From NCBI GenBank assembly GCA_963693365.1, contig CAVNZM010000004.1:13439088-13503087 (forward strand): DNA of 64,000 bases, given 5' to 3'. The notes beneath the pieces were generated by a model. It worked only from the letters and a program-made list of their open reading frames with translations, searched no databases and had not been told where the DNA came from. Below are positions 1-11,893 of this stretch, in pieces. The stretch is from Amoebidium appalachense (taxonomy: Eukaryota > Protista > Ichthyosporea). A program made the position numbers and the translations under genes. Each line of letters starts with the position of its first letter. The stretch's first letter is position 1.

Positions 1-2153
1 AGGTTAGACAAGTATTCAAGTTTTTATTATGATTTATATACATTGTGATTAATTTCCTATGACCCTAATAGGGTCACAAACTCAAAAATCAGTGGACCTA
101 ACCTCCAAAAGTTAGGGACACTTTTCGGGTTTTCAGGGGCATTTTTGTGCCCCTAAACCCCCTAATTTCACAGCCTGTTCGACGAGGACATGCAGGCGTT
201 CGAAGGCGTTCGACTCGTTCGACTATCAATAGAGCAGGCGCATGCTCAGTCAGCCTAGTAAGGGGCAGTGCACACCACACACCGTGTCGTCAGCCTGTCA
301 CGGGAACAATCATTGCACAGCTGTGTTCCAGGCAGACGACTCGTAGGAGTGGCAGATCCTATCCGGCGCCGACGCTGCTTCGGGGTTCAGCTACTCATGC
401 CATGACTCAGCCTGTCGGGGCTATCATTGACTGCACCGTGACTCCTTGGCCCAGCTCGAGGTTCAGCCTGGCAGTGCATGCGTACCGCTTTGCAGTGTAC
501 GTTGCCGCCGCCACATGATAACCGTGCCAGTCTCAGTCTCAGGCCAACCTTTACGACTGCGTGTCGATCATCATACAAAGATTCGGTGTACCAGTGCCAT
601 TTGCAAGCTGTGTGCATGTGCGCGCCTGCAACTGCAAGTCCGATATCGATGTCCAGGCATAACACCTCTCCCCGCCCCTTCTCCCCCCCCCCCCCCCCCC
701 CCAACACCCCCCCCCCCCCCCGCCCCCGGGGCCCCCCTCCCCCCTCCCCCCGGGCCCGCCCGCGACCGTGCGGTCCCCACCTCCCCCCTACCCATCCACC
801 CACCTAAAATACTATGCCATTTGAAAGTGGATCCCCTGTGACTCGGAGACTTCCTCCCCCTCCCCCCCCCTCTCTGCCCCATCTCCCGAAGGCTTCCCCT
901 GCAAGGCTTTCCCTCCCTTGCGACCCCCCTCTCCCGCCCCGGCAACCCCCTCACTCCGGTCCCTCCCCACCCGCCCACTTACTAGAACAAAGTGTACCCC
1001 CTCGGTTCCTTCCTCCCTCTCCCCTTCCTACCCCCCCCGCCTTCGCCCCCGGAGCCGGCTTGCCATTATAATATACACACGGTACGATTTATAAACAGCA
1101 CATGGTATCAAACAGTCCGATGACACGAAAATTCGCTGCGACTCACAGTAAAGTGCAAAACCGTTCAGCCGACAACTTCAGCCGGCCGTGCACCAGAACA
1201 TGCATATGTTCCAGGTCCTGGGAGAGAAGTGAAGGGATGTGGGGGCGGGTGCGGGAGGGGGGGGGGGGGGGGGGTGGGGAGGGGAGAAGGGGGATGACCA
1301 ATCTTGGGCACAAACACATCCTGCGTGACAACAGGCTGCATATAGAAGCAACATTCCGCAGTGGTCTGCACGCGACATCTGTGTAAGCAGTTTTATTTTT
1401 AGGGAGTTCGAAAACACGTATGCAGGGTCAGCCCGAAGCTCTTGTACTCGTTTCAGGTATGGCGCCGCGGCGAAAGCTAACATGGTGGAACGGCAAGTTG
1501 ATTCTGCCCTCAAAATCTGAGCTTTAAATTTCTAAAGGAAGAGGCAACCAGTTGTGAACAGCCAGATCTGGGGAGGGTCCTACGAAGGGCTCAGAGTGAG
1601 CCTACATGCTCTTTTCTCCTCTTTCATTTCTCTTAAATGTCCACGTCGTAAGGCGCTATCATGTCGAATCCAGCAAAAGAAACAAGGTGGGTGAGATAGC
1701 TAAGATATGAGAAAACTCGTACGGCAATACATAGAAAAAGTGGAGGGTGTTGAGATTCCCCCCGCCCAGACCGTTAGACGTTCAAGTTGGTCAGATCTGT
1801 GCATTTCTATTACAGCAGTACTGTTAGGCTTATGCAGTGCCACGTACTGAAGGAAGCGTGTATAGGAGCCTCAGCTGGATTATTCAGACCGGAAGCCTTC
1901 CAAGGCTGGTTCTTCCCCCCCTGGGAGCTCAGCCCTGAATGGGGCTGCCTACTTTGTTGAATGCTAGCCGAGTTAGTTCCCACACCGGTTATTGTAGTTT
2001 GGTGTCCGGCCAGCAGTACACAGTAAGGGCCCACGTGTGCAGCATTCAGTTTATCGCAGCTGGTAAAGGAGCCCCAAATGCACCCCAGACCCGCTCCCCG
2101 CCTACTACATAAACACAAACCACAAGCTCACCAACAACCACGGTGACCCATCA

Positions 2154-3026
2154 CTTAAAAGACAAACTTCATGTGAAGGAAACGTGCGTAAACTTTTCGA
2201 AGATCGTATACCCATATGACGGTTATCGCACAGTTCATACAAAAGAGAGCAATAAGATGCGAAGTGTGTAACATTGATTTGGTGAAACCTTTCATAACAT
2301 TGATTTGGTGCAACCTTTCATACTGTTACTGCCACACACACACCTTGCTTAGCTTGCACTGTTGCCGTGTTGCTACTAGTACTGACTATGGCAAAACCCC
2401 GTCTGTACACTTGTATAGCCTGGCCAACTTTTTGCGAAACCTGTGCACCTGCACTACGGGACCGACAACATAACAAGCTGCCAATGCCAGAGTAGAACAA
2501 CCGAAACTTGGAAAAAGCTTGATCAATTGCAGGCACCCCTTACTGCGGAATAGAACTGCTTAACGGTTACAACACTGCAGTTGTGAATTGCACTATCTTC
2601 GAAGTTGTCTTAAATTTTGAAGACGAGCCCATCCAAGAGTATGAAAGGGAGCGCATGTGTATACTTCAATCCAACTCCTTTGTAAGTACTATGATGTCTC
2701 AAGCTTCTCTTAGCTTGGCTCGCGAGCTTACGTGCTCACTTACAACAGATCTCCGCAGATGGGAGTATGTAATTTGAGCCGAGCGGATGATTTATTCCAA
2801 GAGCCCAGTGGTCAAACTGTGCTTTTAAAAGTTCGTTGAACTTGACATCGGCGGGCTCGCCACGACGTATTTTATCGAACAAGCTAAGAAAGGCAGCTTA
2901 ACAAATGAAGGAGTAGTAACCAAATTGAGTAAAACAAAAAGAAAACCGGAAAGAAAGAGGAATAAGAAAGAGTACAACGAAACAACATGTACAGATCTCG
3001 ACAACCCGAGCTGGTTCGAAAATTGA
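2154..3026 (+). pseudogene. Possible degenerate ORF of unknown identity
   Basis: One frame runs 2460-3026 (…SIAGTPYCGIELLNGY…TTDLRRWEYVI*AERMIYSKSPVVKLCF*KFVELDIGG…KTKRKPERKRNKK…SWFEN*) broken only by isolated stops. A 26-bp tandem duplication at 2269-2320 shifts the frame upstream. No domain recognised. Confidence 0.3.
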
Positions 3027-4689
3027 GGGCGAATGAACGGCGCCCCAATTTAAACATAGTGACGCCCCACCAATCCGCGCAGCTTTAAGGCCGGTTGTGA
3101 TATTCGCGTTTTGCATTTTTTTGGGCCCGTTTCGTTATGCACCAGGCCAACTTGCGACACTGTCAGGCGGAAAAGTAGGATCATTTGAGGTTTTTATACA
3201 GTTTGGGGCGAAAGAGCGAAGGATTAGAGAGGAAAGAAGTCAAACTGTGCTGGTATTAGCCAGAGATAGGAGTGTAAAGGATTATACCGTGACGTTTGAC
3301 TAAACAGGTATGAGTGGCAGGGACGATTTTTAGGTGTTTGGGTGGTTTGATTCAACTTGAAAATAGCGTTACTTCTCCAATGGCTTTCTTGGCGTGGAGG
3401 CGACCCAAGTTGGCAACCATAGCAGTCGTAAAGTAGGCGGATGTGGGCACCTTTTTTCTTATGCCTGCATCTGGATTATGGCGGGTGTCTTTCAGTCAGA
3501 TTAAGAGGTCGCGTTTCTTTCATGGGCTGGCGGATGGCCTGTACACGTGCAGTTTTCGGTGGTGGGGTCGATGTTACTTGGCGTCAGCGCATTTCTCGAC
3601 GAACGAGCACTATTTTTCTAGAGTCTCTTCAGCTTTTTGCTAAGCCTTACATGTGCAAGTCGTTTACAAGAAGAAGCACACAACATGCAGGATTTTACGG
3701 TCCTTTCTCTTTCGCCTGGTAGGAGCAGAGTTTTCGCTCTTGTGTTGTCCTCGTTAGTACAGCCGGCTGGATAGACCCTAACTTTTGTGCTTCGCTGGTG
3801 GCAGAAGCATCACCCTCTTTATGCTCACACGCGATTGCACCTGCCGTTCATGGTTTGGCTTTCATTGTCAAGACACGGTCAAGCGCATTACCCCGCAGTG
3901 TCACGTTATGTCATTGCTCGTATTGTTGGCTCTGGTTTGTAATTGTGGTGCAGCTGGAGGTGGTGTTTTACTTTGTGTTCCTGTTGTTGTGGAGGCAGGA
4001 TACTAAACGTGGAGGCTGGTTTTGGGTGCTTTTTAAATTGATTGCCTGTGGGGACTTCACTATGTTTATTAGCCCGCTGTTGCGTCACACCTCTTGAGTT
4101 TGTGCATACGTGAGTGTGGCATCCTTCTTTTTTTCCTCTCTTAATTGCTTTCAATTGCTTCTTGTTTGACCTTCCCTAAATGCACACAGCACACACATTT
4201 CAGTGTTGGCTAAAGGCACTTCATTTCCGTGTCTGTTTTTGTGTCAAGCTAACACGAACAGCCTCAAGCACACTCTTTTTTTCTCAGTTGCCTTCACTAA
4301 CCCTGTTGGTTGGTAATCACGAAGCTAACTGGGCTGTGTTTTGGTTTTGTTCTCAGGCATGATTATGTTGCCTGTAGCTTCGGTTTGTGGTTGGTTTGGG
4401 GGTGTTGGGGTTAATGTAGGTGCCTTCTAATAGTGGTTATCTATTTTGAAGAGCGACATGTGGTTGGGTGCTCACACACACAGGTATTCTCCTTAGAGTT
4501 TTTTCTTGTGTGGTATTCTCACTAACCAGTAACACATGGTTGGGCGTTCACACTTCCACTTGCGGGCCAGTGTTCTGTGTGCACCAGCAGGGGTTTGTTT
4601 CATCTTGCGTGCACACTAAGAAAGGGCACCCATACATTTTTTCTGGGCGCCTATGGGATGTTACTTATTCGTGTGCGGTTGCAGGCAAC

Positions 4690-5180
4690 ATGGGGTGTGC
4701 TATGTCAGCCGAGGACAAGGTTGCGTTCGACAAGAACAAGCAACTCGACCAACAAATCAAGGCAGACAAGGAGAAGCTGCGAAATGAAGTCAAACTACTG
4801 CTGCTTGGTGGGTGATGTGTGTTTTGTGTTCTTGGTGTTTGCATGTGGCAGACCACTTGTGTATACCACAGGTGATTTGTCATAATGGGTGCTGGTTGAG
4901 GGCATGATTGTCTGAATTGGGCCTTACTCAACACATGCTTGGTTTTGGGCTGTTTTGCCTTGGAGATTGGAAAGCACGAGGAGTAGACAGTTGGCTGTAC
5001 TATGCAATAGACACTAAGCAGCAGTGTAGGTGCCCGCTTCTATGTTCCAGTTTACCATGGTGTTGGCAGGGTGATTTTATTTGCTGTCATCGGCCCAAGT
5101 TTCCAGGCAGAGACCAACAGAAGTACCTTCTCGTTTCTTCTGACCCCCCTCCCTCCCCCCCTCGCCCCCCCCCCTCCCCC

Positions 5181-5211
<31 letters not shown>

Positions 5212-5218
5212 ATTTGCG

Positions 5219-5289
<71 letters not shown>

Positions 5290-7313
5290 CCCTCCTCCTC
5301 CTCTTCGGCCTATTTCTTGCCTGACGTGCGCAGGTGCCGGCGAGTCCGGTAAGAGCACAATTGTCAAGCAGATGAAGATTATCCACGAGAACGGGTTCAG
5401 CAAGGAGGAGTGCCTGCAGTTCCGTGACGTGGTCTACGGCAACATCATCTTCTCCATGCAGTCCATCCTGCGCGCCCTGCCCAACCTCAGCATCGACCTG
5501 CCCGAGGAGCTCAAGGTGTGTTCTGTGTATCTTTTGGAACCGTTACCATGAAATTTGGTTCCAGAAAATCACCGCTATTTATTGGTTCCCATCTATAGTC
5601 CGTTGTGCCTTGCCATAGCAAGTACATATGCTGATTACTCTTGCTCCGCAGCCTGAAGCCGAGACAGTGCTTGAGCTGGGGGACAACTTGGAAAACGTGG
5701 GGCTGACAGCGCCAGTGGCGGCAGCAATCAAGAAGCTGTGGGCCGCAGAGTCCATCCAGACGGCATTTGCACGGTCTAGGGAGTTCCAGCTCAACGACTC
5801 GGCTAAATAGTAGGCATCTCCTTGCTTGTGGGTTAGCTGACAACACCCTACACCCTGATCTAGGGGTGTGGGGTGTAGGTGGGGGCGGGGGGGGGGGGGG
5901 GGGGGGGGGGGATCAGGTATTATTATTGTGCTCAACAGCTAGTCCGCGTGTGGACGATTTGTGTGTGACAGTTTATGGCGGCAGCGGCGGCGGCAGTTTG
6001 GGGGCAGGGGGAAGGAGGAAGGGAAGGATGTGAATTGTGATGTATGTGGGATAGCGAGTGGTGCCTGTGTTGGTGGTGGTAGGAGTTGTTGGAGATACAG
6101 CCCGTTGGGGCTTTGAATGAGTGTGCTGACCGTGGCTGTGTGCAGCTACTTCGATGCCATCGACCGCATCTCAGCGCCCGAGTACATGCCCACGGAGCAG
6201 GACGTGCTGCGGTCACGTGTCAAGACCACCGGCATCATCGAGACCCAGTTCATGTACAAGGACCTGCACTTCAGGTGCGTGCCTGCGCTTGTTCAATTAC
6301 CTGGTTGCCTTAGCAACAAGTAGCAGGGCAGAGGGGAGAAGGAAGTGATGGTGCAGCTTGCCAGCTGGATGTTGAAGGCTGCTGGCATGCAGAATGGGAG
6401 AGGGATGGGCGGGTGTAGGCGCAGATGTGGGGATGCATGGGTAGGTGGGATGCACCGAGTATGAGGCCGAAGAAAAAATGTGATTGGTTACGTGCTTTTG
6501 TAGATGGTGTCTGCACAGAGCAGCAGCTACTCTGTCTCTGTGTGTGCAATGGATGCATGCTCGTACAATGCCCCTCTTGGTGTGCTCATGTGTGTGTGGT
6601 TGCAGAATGTTCGATGTGGGTGGTCAGCGGTCTGAGCGTAAGAAGTGGATCCACTGCTTCGAGAACGTCACGGCCATCATCTTCTGTGTGGCCCTCAGCG
6701 ACTACGACCTCACCCTGGTCGAGGACGAGAGCATGGTGCGTGCAAAATGTGTGCATGTGTGCTTGTGTTGTGCATGGGAACACTGCGTGCTGCACTGTGC
6801 CTGCCTGCTTTTGCACTTCGAATGTGTGTGGTCGGGCCATCATTCCCCCTTGTCCTCCACCCTCCACGCACCTGTATGTGTACATGGGCTGCATGTGGGC
6901 TCTTATTGCCAACGGCTCAGCCCTACCTTGGACGCACAGTGCATATATGCAGGCATACCAAACACGTACATGTGTGTCTCCGTCGTTCTGCCCTCCACAT
7001 TATAACTTTGCTCTTTGGCTGTATTTGAAGTGCAAGTACATGTGCTCCACTCTCGCCTCTCCTCTCACTCCCCAGTTCTCTCTCCTCTCTCCTGCTCTCT
7101 TCCTCTCCTCTCTCCTCTCTCCTCCCCCGACCCCCCCCCCCCCCCCTGCCCCCCCCTCCTCTCTCACTGTTGCTCTTCTCCCCCCTTTCCCGCCCCTTTT
7201 CCTCCTTGTCCCTGTGTTTGCATTTCACGTGTGTTCGTGCCTGCATTTCATTCATTTGTACCCCCCATTCCTGGTTGCGGTGTAGTCACCTGTGTGCCAT
7301 TCTACACCTTCCT

Positions 7314-7363
<50 letters not shown>

Positions 7364-7905
7364 TTTGCATGTGTGCTTCGTGTATGCGTACTTCGTACCG
7401 TGTTCCGCATTCAACCCCCCCCCCCCCCCCCCTCCCCCCCCCCTCCCCCCCCCCCCCCCCCCCGAGTCCTTGAGGTTCACAGACACTGGGCATGGTTTTT
7501 TATGGCTTTATGTGGTGCTCTTTGTGTTACATTTTGTGTTTAGGCATCTGGCGCTGTGTGCCAACTACCACCCTCATGTTTCCTTGCTGTTCGTGTGTGG
7601 TTTGTATAATCTTAGTGCAATGCTGATGCATGGATTCTGCTTTGCAAAGTTTATCTTGTGGCTTCACGGTGGATCTAACCTGTAGTATATGGGTGTGCTG
7701 TCTTTGGTGTTGTCCGCAGGGCAATAATGCTATAGGGACACAGTGTCCTGGTCGTGTGTATGCATGCCACAGTGGATAGGGTGTGTGCGCTGTAGACACT
7801 GCCACCGGCACGAGGCACCCACACGCGCATGCACACACAAGTGCCACACATGCAGACACGTGTCGATGCATGCACGCTTTTCACCTCTGCACATGCACAT
7901 GCACT

Positions 7906-7945
<40 letters not shown>

Positions 7946-10568
7946 GAGGCACCAGATAGATATTGCTGCAACCCAGTCATTATGCACCACATGTACACTC
8001 GTATATGTAGCTATATTACTGTGCATGTACACGATCGTGCTCTGGTTCCTTTTCCCAGTGCGTAGCTCTCAACCTTGGTGAGATGTGTTATGCATTTGAG
8101 TTGCTGCAACCTGGCAATTGAGAATCGGACAAAACTGCAAGCTTGGTACATGTTTTGGGAATTATACGCAACACAGAACATCCACTCCTGGGCCCTCCCT
8201 GAGGATGGGCTCTGCTTATGATGCGTACTGTGGGCATCGCTGATGTTGAATACTTGAATGTTTTCCTTTCATGTGTCCTGCACCATGCGTCTCATCGTGT
8301 ATGTGTACTTCGTACCGTGTTTCGCATGTACCCCCCTTTTTGACGCATTCACCCCCCCCCCCCCCTTACTTCCATGCAACCGGGCATGGTTGCTCTGTGT
8401 CGTGCATCTGTAAGCACATACGCGTTTGTCGCTGCACTGCATTAGTTTGCACATACATCTTCACCGTTTTGCTCACCTTGCTTGCATAAGCAACCCTGCT
8501 CGTCTTTGATCAAGACGGGTTGACCCACCCAAGTTCAGTTGATGCTGCTGTCTGAGTTGGAGCGTCGTATATACGCGGGCTAAGGGGTCGAAACTCAGAC
8601 GCAATTGATGACTTGGGCCCTCCCTGAGGATGGGCTCTGCTTATGACGCATACTGTGCGCATGGCTGATGCTGCATACTTGAATGTTTGCCTTTGCATGT
8701 GTCCTGCACCATGCTTCTCATCGTGTATGCGTACTTCGTACTGTGTTCCGCATTCAAAACCCCCCCTGTCTTCTTTCAGAGGTGTCCTTTCAGGACAGAC
8801 CACTGTGTGGAGACATCTTTACTTCCATGCAACCGGGCATGGTTGCTCTGTGTCGTGCATCTGTAAGCACATACGCGTTTGTCGCTGCACTGCATTAGTT
8901 TGCACATACATCTTCACCGTTTTGCTCACCTTGCTTGCATAAGCAACCCTGCTCGTCTTTGATCAAGACGGGTTGACCCACCCAAGTTCAGTTGATGCTG
9001 CTGTCTGAGTTGGAGCGTCGTATATACGCGGGCTAAGGGGTCGAAACTCAGACGCAATTGATGACTTGGGCCCTCCCTGAGGATGGGCTCTGCTTATGAC
9101 GCATACTGTGCGCATGGCTGATGCTGCATACTTGAATGTTTGCCTTTGCATGTGTCCTGCACCATGCTTCTCATCGTGTATGCGTACTTCGTACTGTGTT
9201 CCGCATTCAAAACCCCCCCTGTCTTCTTTCAGAGGTGTCCTTTCAGGACAGACCACTGTGTGGAGACATCTTTACTTCCATGCAACCGGGCATGGTTGCT
9301 CTGTGTCGTGCATCTGTAAGCACATACGCGTTTGTCGCTGCACTGCATTAGTTTGCACATACATCTTCACCGTTTTGCTCACCTTGCTTGCATAAGCAAC
9401 CCTGCTCGTCTTTGATCAAGACGGGTTGACCCACCCAAGTTCAGTTGATGCTGCTGTCTGAGTTGGAGCGTCGTATATACGCGGGCTAAGGGGTCGAAAC
9501 TCAGACGCAATTGATGACTTGGGCCCTCCCTGAGGATGGGCTCTGCTTATGACGCATACTGTGCGCATGGCTGATGCTGCATACTTGAATGTTTGCCTTT
9601 GCATGTGTCCTGCACCATGCTTCTCATCGTGTATGCGTACTTCGTACTGTGTTCCGCATTCAAAACCCCCCCTGTCTTCTTTCAGAGGTGTCCTTTCAGG
9701 ACAGACCACTGTGTGGAGACATCTTTACTTCCATGCAACCGGGCATGGTTGCTCTGTGTCGTGCATCTGTAAGCACATACGCGTTTGTCGCTGCACTGCA
9801 TTAGTTTGCACATACATCTTCACCGTTTTGCTCACCTTGCTTGCATAAGCAACCCTGCTCGTCTTTGATCAAGACGGGTTGACCCACCCAAGTTCAGTTG
9901 ATGCTGCTGTCTGAGTTGGAGCGTCGTATATACGCGGGCTAAGGGGTCGAAACTCAGACGCAATTGATGACTTGGGCCCTCCCTGAGGATGGGCTCTGCT
10001 TATGACGCATACTGTGCGCATGGCTGATGCTGCATACTTGAATGTTTGCCTTTGCATGTGTCCTGCACCATGCTTCTCATCGTGTATGCGTACTTCGTAC
10101 TGTGTTCCGCATTCAAAACCCCCCTGTCTTCTTTCAGAGGTGTCCTTTCAGGACAGACCACTGTGTGGAGACATCTTTACTTCCATGCAACCGGGCATGG
10201 TTGCTCTGTGTCGTGCATCTGTAAGCACATACGCGTTTGTCGCTGCACTGCATTAGTTTGCACATACATCTTCACCGTTTTGCTCACCTTGCTTGCATAA
10301 GCAACCCTGCTCGTCTTTGATCAAGACGGGTTGACCCACCCAAGTTCAGTTGATGCTGCTGTCTGAGTTGGAGCGTCGTATATACGCGGGCTAAGGGGTC
10401 GAAACTCAGACGCAATTGATGACTTGGGCCCTCCCTGAGGATGGGCTCTGCTTATGACGCATACTGTGCGCATGGCTGATGCTGCATACTTGAATGTTTG
10501 CCTTTGCATGTGTCCTGCACCATGCTTCTCATCGTGTATGCGTACTTCGTACTGTGTTCCGCATTCAA

Positions 10569-10602
<34 letters not shown>

Positions 10603-10892
10603 GGGCAAGCTTTTGAGGAGGATGGGCTGAATGTCTATGATGCGCATTCTGTGTGCAGTATGCAACGTGTTGTCCGTCTTGGCTAAATGTGTACTCTGAA
10701 CTCTGTAACACGGTTAACCCCATTCCAACCTTCCCCCCCCCCCCCCCCCCCCCCCCCGGGTCTGTGTCGTGCTTATAATCGTGTTCATTGTCCTTCCTGC
10801 AAACCCTCATGTGTGGTTTGCACTCTGCAGTCCGTGGTCCCCCCCCCCCCCCCCCCCCCCCCCCCCTCTCTCTCTCTCTCTCTCTTTCTCTT

Positions 10893-10931
<39 letters not shown>

Positions 10932-11344
10932 ACCCCCCCCACCCACCACCACCACCATTACCCAAACGTCATACACAAAGACACACAGGGTTCACATTTT
11001 TTGTCTCATATCCACCCTTCCTTTCCTGCAAACGATGGAATCAGCTTGCAAGTTCACAGCACGTGTGACAAAACTGCACTCTGTCACATGCAGCCTCAGC
11101 GGTGTTGTTTTCTTTTTTTCCCTGTGTGCGCTTTCACACACTTTCTTTTCCCGGTGTTGCCTTGCACTGACAGTTGTTTGTGAACAGAACCGCATGCACG
11201 AGTCGTTGAAGCTGTTCGACAGCATCTGCAACAGCAAGTGGTTCGAGCGCACATCCATCATCCTGTTCCTCAACAAAACGGACTTGTTCAAGGAGAAGAT
11301 CGGAAGGTCCGTCCTGACCATCTGCTTCCCGGAGTACACAGGTT

Positions 11345-11381
<37 letters not shown>

Positions 11382-11811
11382 TTTTTTTTTTTTCAGGACA
11401 CACATACAAACACATACACACACACACACACACAGCCCCGGGGTTGGGCTTGGGTATGAAGCCATCACACGCATAGGCACGCACACACTCACCGCACGTG
11501 CGCATGCGCGCGCACACGCGCACACGCACAGCCCCGGGGTTGGGGCTTGGGTATGTTGCCTTCGTGTGCCTTAAACACTTCTGTTGTCACTGTTTGGTAA
11601 GGCCAACAGACACGGTGCTTGTGAAGGCCAACAGACACGGTGCTTGTGTGTGAATGATTGTTTGCACTGATCACTGTATATATGCTGCCAGTGGGTGGGT
11701 GATGGTTGTGTGTGCGGGTGTTGCGTGTGTGGGAGTTCTTTTCTTTTTTTGTGGTGTGTGTATCCTTTTTTTTGGGGGGGGGGGGGGGGGGGGGGGGGGG
11801 ATTAGGGCAAG

Positions 11812-11893
<82 letters not shown>

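Noticed and set aside
1143-1513. Spliced minus-strand gene near the window start
   Set aside because: Some plausible splice sites, but no consistent frame or recognisable protein could be assembled.
8606-8632. SECIS element or box C/D snoRNA (ATGA...GA; TGATGA...CTGA)
   Set aside because: The helix is only ~6 bp, there is no apical AA, it is not in a 3' UTR, and the pairing is poorly kept in family B.
8486-8644. Canonical hammerhead or HDV ribozyme call
   Set aside because: CUGAGGA and GAAAC are not joined by a stem II in the required order. The HDV P3/L3 element is not evident, and the putative catalytic C is absent in family B. Reported only as an unclassified structure.
8366-10600. CRISPR array or coding repeat (97-99 aa ORFs in each unit)
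   Set aside because: Units are 453 bp with no unique spacers and no cas genes. The ORFs have no recognisable domain and are broken by C-run length changes.
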